The translations under genes and the position numbers were made by a program. Of a stretch of 59,827 nt of DNA, positions 1 through 7,589 are shown piece by piece. Below the pieces are notes generated by a model that worked only from the letters and a program-made list of their open reading frames with translations, ran no database searches and had not been told where the DNA came from. The stretch is from NCBI GenBank assembly GCA_964601505.1, contig CAZRNR010000007.1:1-59827 (forward strand), written 5' to 3'. Source of the DNA: an uncultured bacterium (GTDB lineage Bacteria > Calescibacteriota > Calescibacteriia > Calescibacteriales > Calescibacteriaceae). Positions within the stretch are counted from its first letter, which is position 1. Each line of letters starts with the position of its first letter.

Positions 1-399
1 AATTTTTGTGAAGATTTCCATCATATTTTTTCTGCTTTTAACTATGTTTGCGACAGAGCAATAATGAAAAATTTGATTCATTTTCATGTTTTGCACATTT
101 ATCTTGAGCTTTCACACTTTAAGTTTTTATGTTTTTTTATTTTTCTCCTTTGCGTTTTTTTATTATTCCCAGTGTCTTTTATTATTTTTATCAGATGTTT
201 TCTTTCTTTGAAACTTTAACATTCTATTTCTAAACAGCTTTCTACGTTCATAATATTTTTAACAGAATTTGGAAATGATACTAATTCCTTTTCGTTGTTA
301 TATTTATTTATCTTTATGGATATCGACTCTTGGAACACTGACCTTAATCAAATTATGTTTCTGAATGATCTATGAGATTAGAGCTAAAATTATCTAAAA

Positions 400-1152
400 T
401 CACAGGACATCTTGAGCTTTTATTTCTGTTTTTTCAAGATTCAGGATATTTTCATAGCCTTTTGATTCTATATCCTTTGCCAGAGAGAAATCACCAGACA
501 TAACTATTTTACCTTGAAAAATGATATGGACAAAATTTGGCTTTATATAGTTCAAGATACGAGGGTAGTGGGTGATTATTATGATTGCCTTCTGATCGCT
601 CATATTTTCAATAATGGCTTGAGAAACAATTTTCAGGGAGTCTATATCAAGTCCTGAATCTATTTCATCTAATATATATAGTTTTGGATTGAGGATAAGG
701 GACTGAAGTATTTCAGTTCTTTTCTTTTCACCTCCAGAAAAACCTTTGTTAAGTTCTCTTTTTGTGAATTCATCAGGTATTTTGAGCTTTTTTATTTTTT
801 CTTTAAGTTCTTTTGAGAATTCAGCGAATTTTTTCTCACTTCCTGCTATGCTCCAAAGAAATTTACCGAGAGGAACACCGGGTATCTCCTGAGGATATTG
901 AAAAGCGAGAAATATTCCCATTTTTGCTCTCTCATTAGGTTTCATCTCATTTATAATCTTAGATTCAAATATTATCAATCCACTTTCTATTTTATATTTT
1001 GGATGTCCCATTATTGTTAGAGAAAGGGATGTTTTACCTGAACCATTGGGGCCCATTATAGCATGTATTTCACCTTTATTTACCAAGAGGTTTATACCAG
1101 AAAGAACCATTTTGCTATCCGCTTTTACATTCAGGTCCTTTATTTCAAGCAT
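400..1152 (-). CDS. sufC: Fe-S cluster assembly ATPase SufC
   Basis: Walker A GPNGSGKT, FLAFQYPQEIPGV, GFSGGEKKR signature, LDEIDSGLDID, ITHY. Confidence 0.93.
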   Translation of the reverse strand: MLEIKDLNVKADSKMVLSGINLLVNKGEIHAIMGPNGSGKTSLSLTIMGHPKYKIESGLIIFESKIINEMKPNERAKMGIFLAFQYPQEIPGVPLGKFLWSIAGSEKKFAEFSKELKEKIKKLKIPDEFTKRELNKGFSGGEKKRTEILQSLILNPKLYILDEIDSGLDIDSLKIVSQAIIENMSDQKAIIIITHYPRILNYIKPNFVHIIFQGKIVMSGDFSLAKDIESKGYENILNLEKTEIKAQDVL

Positions 1153-1176
1153 AGCGTTTAATATTAGTTGTGTTTC

Positions 1177-2073
1177 ATGAAAATTAAAGATAAACAGTTA
1201 AAAGATAAAAAAGTGGGTTTGATTTTTATTTTACTCGCGGTAGCAAGTGGTTTTTTCACCGCATTATCTGATATTATATCTAAGGATTATATGAGAAGAT
1301 TTGATGTAGATGGCTTTTTTGCTCTTTATGTAAGATGGCTTTTCTGTTCATTGTCTTTGCTACCCCTTTTGTTTGCTGTTGAGTTCCCAAAAGATACCTC
1401 TATAATTCTGGTATCTCTTGGACTTGTTCCACTTGAGATAATTGCTGGATACCTTTATATGAAATCTCTTGAGATTGCAGAATCAACATTGGTTCTTCCT
1501 TTCCAATCCTTCACACCAGTCTTTATACCTCCTTTAGCATCATTTATGATAGGGGAAAAATATTCGGCTCAAGGACTTTTAGGAATAGGGCTTGTTGTTT
1601 CTGGAAGTTTTCTCCTTTTCAGGAACAATGGATATATAGCTAATGCAGATAAGAAAGCCATATTCTATATGCTCGGTGCAGCTTTAATATATGCATTCTC
1701 ATCCGTTGTCGGAAGATATGTTATTCTAAACACATCTCCTCTGTTTTTCTCTGTCTTTTATATGCTTGTTCTATCTCTTATTCTTACACCATATTTTATT
1801 AAAAAATACAGGCATTATAACTTGAGACATTTTTTCAAGTCAAGTATAATTCCATCTTTTGTTTTGGGCTTCACAACAGCTTTGGCAGTTATCACACACT
1901 TTGTTTCCGTCCTTAAGATTGAAACTGGATATATGATATCAATTAAGAGAACAAGTGTCATTTTTTCTGTGATATTGGGTTATTTGTTCCTCAGGGAGAA
2001 AAGTCAGATAAAAGAAAGGTTTCTTGGAGCTTTGCTTATGACTATAGGAGTTTTTGTTATCGCCATAAATTAA
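1177..2073 (+). CDS. EamA/DMT family membrane transporter
   Basis: About 10 hydrophobic helices in two repeats; C-terminal SIKRTSVIFSVILGYLFLRE motif; ATG at 1177 preferred over GTG at 1168. Confidence 0.85.
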   Translation: MKIKDKQLKDKKVGLIFILLAVASGFFTALSDIISKDYMRRFDVDGFFALYVRWLFCSLSLLPLLFAVEFPKDTSIILVSLGLVPLEIIAGYLYMKSLEIAESTLVLPFQSFTPVFIPPLASFMIGEKYSAQGLLGIGLVVSGSFLLFRNNGYIANADKKAIFYMLGAALIYAFSSVVGRYVILNTSPLFFSVFYMLVLSLILTPYFIKKYRHYNLRHFFKSSIIPSFVLGFTTALAVITHFVSVLKIETGYMISIKRTSVIFSVILGYLFLREKSQIKERFLGALLMTIGVFVIAIN

Positions 2074-2335
2074 AAGCTCGGTTGATTTAAGAATATATAC
2101 TTAACATTACTTTCATTTGGACAGAAATCACCTTCGAGTTTCTACAATCAGCTTTGGTTCAATCAATCCGACAAATTATCTCTAATTCCAATAAAACAGT
2201 CAAATCATTTGTTGAAAAAGTTTTTAGACGATTCTCAATACCTTAAAAAATAATGATTCATTTCACTGCTATCTAATTATTAATATCTCAAAGTGTAACC
2301 TTGCATAAGAATTGGTGCTTATGGACATTCAATAT

Positions 2336-2425
2336 GGTAGGGTAGGAACTAACTTACGCCTGTGGAGAGGTTTATAGCCTCGTTGAAGCAGGAAGCTCCA
2401 TCTTCTATAATATGGAGTAGTTCAC
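2336..2425 (+). mobile_element. IS200/IS605-family right end / TnpB omega-RNA scaffold remnant, no tnpA/tnpB
   Basis: GGTAGGGTAGGAACT..TTACGCCTGTGGAGAG..CCTCGTTGAAGCAGGAAGCTCCATCTTCTATAATATGGAGTAGTTCAC resembles the tnpB 3' region as I know it; subterminal hairpin CTCCAT(2396-2401)/ATGGAG(2412-2417); terminal TCAC. Confidence 0.8.
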
Positions 2426-2561
2426 AATACCTTCAGAAGGGATATATTTTGACCAAGATTCTCCAAAGTTCCAAATGCCCACGCAAAACTATCTTCTCTA
2501 ATTGATTGAATATTTTTAAAATTCGTCAGATTCTACATATTAACTTGAATGTAGCGAAGTG

Positions 2562-3938
2562 CTACAAGATTACTCCAGACTTACCGAACAACTTTTTGAA
2601 TATTATAAGATTATTCACTTCATTTGTTGTCTCATATATGTGAGTAAGTTTTATATCTCTCCATAGCCTTTCAGCTATTTCTGATTTATCAATACCCTTT
2701 TCTTCTAAAAGGTCCATACATATCTGACATATCTCATAAGATATCCAGGATGAGTATGCTTTTGCTATGCTGGAGTAAATCTCTACTTTCTCAATGTCCT
2801 TTGAGAGAATTTTCAAGAAGATTTCTTTTCCTTTTCCTCCTATGAATCTTCCGATAGATTTAGGGATATTTGAGAGAGTCTTCAGTAGAAGTTTGAAGAA
2901 TATGTTTTTCTGCAATGACATCGGACCAAAGAAATCAATGAAAATACAGGCAGATATCCATATTTGTCGTGCTATATATAGTTTTGAGAGAGCTTCAGCT
3001 ATTTTGTAGGCTTGAAAGTTGTTAAAGTCATTGTATGATTTTCTTATTATATCTACAGTTATTTTTATAAGACCTTTTGCTATTCCTGTAGCTATTGCAC
3101 CAACTGGAGCGCGTGAGACCGAAAGGATCATCTCTGTGTTTTTAGAGCCAATATCCTCATCTGCCAGAATCATGTCATCTGGAACAAAAATGTCATCAAA
3201 AACGAGTTCAGCAGTTGGAGATGTCTTCTGTCCCATCTTATCTTCAACTCTTGAGACTTTGACATACGAAGAATCAAGAAGAAACCACATCATTTTTCCC
3301 GGTTCCGGAGAAGCTGCAACCGTTATATAGTTGGCGATTGAACCATTTGATATAAAAACTTTCCTACCATTTATAATGTATCCGCCTTTGGACTTTTTAG
3401 CTTTTGTTATTATTTTAGCCTTCATCAAAACTTCACCATCTTGCTGAACATCTGAACCCCCAGTCGGCTCGGTTAGTCCTAAAGCATATATCACAGGAAA
3501 ATCCTTTTCTTTCAATGGTATTTCTTTAAGAAATTCTGAAAATGCCCCTATATATGGAGAAAACATTATAGGTAGCAGACCAAGAGCGTGAGCACCAAAA
3601 ATTGTAAGAATACCTGATGAAATTGAACTCATATCCTCTGTGAAAAATGCATATGGCAGAGTTCTTATTCCTTTCCCTCCAAACTCCTCTGGTATTATTA
3701 AAGAGAAAAAGTTATATTTGCCTCCATTCTTTAGTAGCTCTCTATCAATATATGAAGGATTTTTCTCGGCCTCTTTTTCTGCTGTATTTATCCTTTCAAT
3801 GTTCTCAACAATGAATCTTCTACCTTTTTCTCTTACATCCTCTATCTCTTCTATATAATTTTTAAACTTCCCATCTCCCAAAATTTTTAGGGTAGGGTAT
3901 ATTGAGTCAATATCATCAAGAAAACTTTCGTAAATCAT
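2562..3938 (-). CDS. Acyl-CoA dehydrogenase family protein
   Basis: ALGLTEPTGGSD, INGRKVFISNG, EDKMGQKTSPTAELVFDD, WRDIKLTHIYETTNE. Confidence 0.9.
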   Translation of the reverse strand: MIYESFLDDIDSIYPTLKILGDGKFKNYIEEIEDVREKGRRFIVENIERINTAEKEAEKNPSYIDRELLKNGGKYNFFSLIIPEEFGGKGIRTLPYAFFTEDMSSISSGILTIFGAHALGLLPIMFSPYIGAFSEFLKEIPLKEKDFPVIYALGLTEPTGGSDVQQDGEVLMKAKIITKAKKSKGGYIINGRKVFISNGSIANYITVAASPEPGKMMWFLLDSSYVKVSRVEDKMGQKTSPTAELVFDDIFVPDDMILADEDIGSKNTEMILSVSRAPVGAIATGIAKGLIKITVDIIRKSYNDFNNFQAYKIAEALSKLYIARQIWISACIFIDFFGPMSLQKNIFFKLLLKTLSNIPKSIGRFIGGKGKEIFLKILSKDIEKVEIYSSIAKAYSSWISYEICQICMDLLEEKGIDKSEIAERLWRDIKLTHIYETTNEVNNLIIFKKLFGKSGVIL

Positions 3939-4663
3939 ACTTTTTTGGGCATATAAAGTATAGCCTTAAGATTTCTAATTTCCATAGATACCAAAGATTT
4001 TTTAGAAATCAAAACATCTTTTAGCTCTCCCCCTATCTTTGTACTTGGATTTAAATTAATTTCAGATGAAAGAAAACTTAGAGATATGTTTTCTCCAATC
4101 GCATCAACATTAGCTTTTATAAGAGTATTATCTTTTATCTGATAGGTTATAAAGTGAAATCTTTTCTTTCTTATAGGTAAAGATTTTCTTGCCTTAATCT
4201 TTACATCAAATATCTTTGTACTATCTGAAGAAAGAGAAAAATTTTCTTGAGAATATTTTATGTCGGATACGAATTTTGGATAATTATATATCAAGACTCC
4301 TGCAACATATGCAATCTCTGTCGTAACAGGTAGATGCCATACATGAACCTCAAATTCCCCCGACAAGAACGAAGATAAAACTTTAGCAGAACCAAAGGGA
4401 ACAGTTATCCCTATCTCGTTGTATGGACCTATATCTGTCTTTCTATATTCAAAACATGTTACTCCAACAAGTGTTATTCCAGGTAGAAGCTCAGCTATTT
4501 TTATTCTTCTATCCTTTATGTATTTTCTGATCCTTCTTGAGCTTGCAAAAAACATATTGACATTTGCGGAAGCATCATAGTAGAATATCGGAACCTTTCC
4601 TTTTAAATCTTGAAATGCTACCTCAAACTGTTGTATCCCATCAAAGAATTTTTCTGCTTCCAT
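3935..4663 (-). CDS. Acetoacetate decarboxylase family protein
   Basis: FEYRKTDIGPYNE, WHLPVTTEIA..G...YNYPK with the Schiff-base Lys position; 4-bp overlap with the ACAD gene. Confidence 0.75.
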   Translation of the reverse strand: MEAEKFFDGIQQFEVAFQDLKGKVPIFYYDASANVNMFFASSRRIRKYIKDRRIKIAELLPGITLVGVTCFEYRKTDIGPYNEIGITVPFGSAKVLSSFLSGEFEVHVWHLPVTTEIAYVAGVLIYNYPKFVSDIKYSQENFSLSSDSTKIFDVKIKARKSLPIRKKRFHFITYQIKDNTLIKANVDAIGENISLSFLSSEINLNPSTKIGGELKDVLISKKSLVSMEIRNLKAILYMPKKV

Positions 4664-4796
4664 TGTTTTGATCTAAAATATTTTAATCAATTCTTGTATG
4701 AAAATGTGAATTATCTCTATATATGAACACAACATATTATTTTTATACTGAATATTATGAAATATACATTTTATTTATATTTTTTACTTTTCTATC

Positions 4797-5561
4797 ATGG
4801 CGGAATATCTGATAGGAACTTCTGGTTTCAGTTATGAAGACTGGAGAAATTATTTTTACCCAGAAAACCTTGATAAATCTGATTTTTTGTGGTATTACTC
4901 AAAGCATTTTAAGACGACAGAAATCAATTCAACTTATTATATCCTTATTTCTTTAAAGTCTGTTGAATCTATGGTTAGAAAGACCAGAGAAGATTTCATT
5001 TTTTCTGTCAAGGCGAATCAGATTTTTACTCATCGTAGGTATTACTCAGATACAGATGTTAAGAAGATGAAGGATATTCTATACGCTTTTGATAAAAAAC
5101 TCGGAGTTTTACTTTTTCAGTTCCCTCATTCCTTTCATAAGAACAAGTCTAATCAAGATTATATTAAAAAAATAAGGGATGATTTTTTTGAGTTTGACAT
5201 TACTTTTGAGTTTAGGTCTTACGAATGGTTTTCAGAAGATGTTTATAAAATTTTGAAAGACTTAGATATTGCTTTGGCCTGTGTAGATGAGCCAAGAATA
5301 AAAGGTCTACCACCGCCTATTTTTGTTCAGACAACAAAGAAATTTTCTTATTTGAGATTTCATGGTAGAAACTCTGAGAAGTGGTATAAGCATGAGAGAC
5401 CAGAGGAGAGGTATGATTATCTTTATTCCAGAGAAGAACTTCAGGAATGGGCAGAAGATATAAAGAGCACAGATGCTAAAAAGTTTTTCATTTATTTCAA
5501 CAACCATCCTCGCGCCCAAGCTGTAAGGAATGCAAAGATGATGGAAGAAATCCTTTTCTGA
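4797..5561 (+). CDS. DUF72 (YecE-like) protein
   Basis: IGTSGFSY, EINSTYY, LLFQFPHSF, FEFR, YLRFHGRN, YDYLYS, IYFNNH. Confidence 0.9.
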   Translation: MAEYLIGTSGFSYEDWRNYFYPENLDKSDFLWYYSKHFKTTEINSTYYILISLKSVESMVRKTREDFIFSVKANQIFTHRRYYSDTDVKKMKDILYAFDKKLGVLLFQFPHSFHKNKSNQDYIKKIRDDFFEFDITFEFRSYEWFSEDVYKILKDLDIALACVDEPRIKGLPPPIFVQTTKKFSYLRFHGRNSEKWYKHERPEERYDYLYSREELQEWAEDIKSTDAKKFFIYFNNHPRAQAVRNAKMMEEILF

Positions 5562-5633
5562 ATATAAAAAATTCCCAATACAGCTTTTTTGTATTATTCA
5601 ATAAACCTGATAAAGTTTTTATTTTTTTACAAT

Positions 5634-5706
5634 GGGGCTGTAGCTCAGCTGGGAGAGTACCGGAATCGCACTCCGGGGGTCGGGGGTTCAAATCCCCTCA
5701 GCTCCA
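5634..5706 (+). tRNA. tRNA-Ala (anticodon CGC); CCA not encoded
   Basis: Cloverleaf: acceptor GGGGCTG/CAGCTCC with G3-U70 Ala determinant, anticodon stem CCGGA/TCCGG with loop ATCGCAC, T-loop TTCAAAT. Confidence 0.95.
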
Positions 5707-6381
5707 CATAGGTGGCAATACCTCTAGTTTCCTTCGGCTTTCCTTTTGTGCGCAAAGAAGAAAAAACGCACAACTTCTCTCCGAAGAATGATGAAAAAAC
5801 CTTATGAAGCTTGGCATCAAACCTGATTTGTAAAACACAGATAGGATTTCTCCTAATCTGCTTGGATTATATACAACATATATACGTCCCCCTTTTTTCA
5901 GTATTTTTGATGAAACTCTCGCAAAACTTCTGAGGTCAAATGTGATTTCCCATTTCGCTTTATCATACTTTGTAGAGATTTTTCCCTCTCCTACCGGAAC
6001 ATAAGGTGGATTTGAAACTATTATGTCAAATTGAAATTTAAAAGGAGCAAATCTTATATCTCCAGCAATAGAATAAGCCTTTATTTTATTCAACCTAAAA
6101 TTCATTTCTGCTAGCTTTGCGACTTCTTTATCTATCTCTATACCATAGTATATGGAATCTGTCTGTAGAAAATTTCGTAATAACACAGGTATTATCCCAC
6201 ATCCTGTTCCAACATCAAGTATAAACTTTTTTGGTTCATTTTTAAAATGAGTCCCTTCAACTTCTGTGCAAAACTTACTCAACATCAAAGAATCATGAGA
6301 AAATCTCCACCTGTTTTTATACTGGAATATCTTTATTCCATATATTGTTGTCTCCTCAATTTCTTCTTGGTCATGAATCAT
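5698..6381 (-). CDS. SAM-dependent methyltransferase, tRNA1(Val) A37 N6-methyltransferase (YfiC/TrmN6)-like
   Basis: RFSHDSLML, LDVGTGCGII, GIEID, VSNPPY; stop codon overlaps the tRNA-Ala 3' end. Confidence 0.8.
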   Translation of the reverse strand: MIHDQEEIEETTIYGIKIFQYKNRWRFSHDSLMLSKFCTEVEGTHFKNEPKKFILDVGTGCGIIPVLLRNFLQTDSIYYGIEIDKEVAKLAEMNFRLNKIKAYSIAGDIRFAPFKFQFDIIVSNPPYVPVGEGKISTKYDKAKWEITFDLRSFARVSSKILKKGGRIYVVYNPSRLGEILSVFYKSGLMPSFIRFFHHSSERSCAFFLLCAQKESRRKLEVLPPMWS

Positions 6382-6414
6382 GTTTGCTGTATTATTAAAG
6401 TAATATTTTCCTGA

Positions 6415-6909
6415 TCATAAATCTCTGTTATTTCTGTTCCTTCGTGATTTTTTCTTTGCAACAAGTAGTGCAACGGCCATAGCTCCGATACCTTCTGTTC
6501 TCCCAAAAGTTCCTATTCCTTCTGGACTCTTAACCTTAACATTGAATGAACTTTTTAATATCTGGCTTACATTATACTTTATCTGATTTATCTTTGGTCC
6601 TATCTTTGGTTCCTGAGCAATTATTACTGAATCAACAGATTTTATCTCGAATCCTTCACGCTTTATCATTTTTATAACTTCCTCTAGTATTTTTCTTGAA
6701 CTTATACCTTTGAATTTCTCCGGTGGGAATAATGTTCCAATATCCTCTTTCCCCGCTGCTCCAAGTATCGCATCTGATATGGCATGAAGTAAGACGTCAA
6801 CATCTTCAGACGCTCCTTCAAGAGCTCTGTAATCAAATTTAACTTGACCTAAAACCAAACCCATTTTTTTGCTGAAACGATGCATGTCAAATCCTATACC
6901 TATTCTCAT
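6415..6909 (-). CDS. ispF: 2-C-methyl-D-erythritol 2,4-cyclodiphosphate synthase
   Basis: MRIGIGFDMH, DVLLHAISDAILGA, DIGTLFP, GRTEGI; Zn ligands D8/H10/H43 present. Confidence 0.9.
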   Translation of the reverse strand: MRIGIGFDMHRFSKKMGLVLGQVKFDYRALEGASEDVDVLLHAISDAILGAAGKEDIGTLFPPEKFKGISSRKILEEVIKMIKREGFEIKSVDSVIIAQEPKIGPKINQIKYNVSQILKSSFNVKVKSPEGIGTFGRTEGIGAMAVALLVAKKKSRRNRNNRDL

Positions 6910-6930
6910 TCAAGAAACCTCCTATATAAT

Positions 6931-7548
6931 ATGTTTCTATCTCAACTTAATAAAATTTATTTTGTGTTCATAAGATATTTAGCTTTTCTTGGATTTATGT
7001 TTTTCTACCCAATCACTACTATTCCACAGAAAATTGAGATAAAGATACTGATTCAATCTTCTGAATTTGTGATAACAAATCTTGATGCTATGTTTGAATG
7101 TAATGTATATAAGATTTATAATCTTTCTGATCTCAAAAATTGCAATGATGAGAAAGTACTTAAATCTTTTGCCATTTTATCCATTCTGAGGAAAAGGATC
7201 GAAAATTTTATTGGATTCCAAGAGGATATTTTAAGGTATGTTATTGACGGAAAATGGAATGAGATGGCAAAAATAGATGAAGAAAAAGAAAAGGAATTTG
7301 ATTACTTTGTAAAATTCGGTTATTCTATATATGACATCCAAGAAGAGGCGAGAAAAATATTAATTTTTTCAGAGAAGCTGAAAAACACTCTAGGAATTGA
7401 AATAAAAAACTTCATTGATTTTTCATATAATTACGTCTCTTATGGTGAAAATTTCTTACAAGAAGATTTTGATAGGGAGAGGAGAGTACAAATGAAGATA
7501 ATATATGACTTTATAAAATCTTTCCTTTTAACTGACTTGAGATTCTGA
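6931..7548 (+). CDS. Hypothetical protein (start uncertain: 6931 or 6997)
   Basis: Open frame with genome-typical composition directly upstream of gspE; no recognised motif. Confidence 0.5.
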   Translation: MFLSQLNKIYFVFIRYLAFLGFMFFYPITTIPQKIEIKILIQSSEFVITNLDAMFECNVYKIYNLSDLKNCNDEKVLKSFAILSILRKRIENFIGFQEDILRYVIDGKWNEMAKIDEEKEKEFDYFVKFGYSIYDIQEEARKILIFSEKLKNTLGIEIKNFIDFSYNYVSYGENFLQEDFDRERRVQMKIIYDFIKSFLLTDLRF

Positions 7549-7589
7549 CAGTTCAAATATTTTGGACAGAATTTTTTAATTTTTTTGTT

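Noticed and set aside
1-399. Possible sufB/sufD or other CDS downstream of sufC
   Set aside because: All minus-strand frames hit stops within short distances, and the plus-strand open stretch (1-219) has no recognisable motif.
2794-3858. Short antisense ORFs in the track (here and throughout)
   Set aside because: They lie opposite well-supported genes and have no motifs; they are shadow ORFs.
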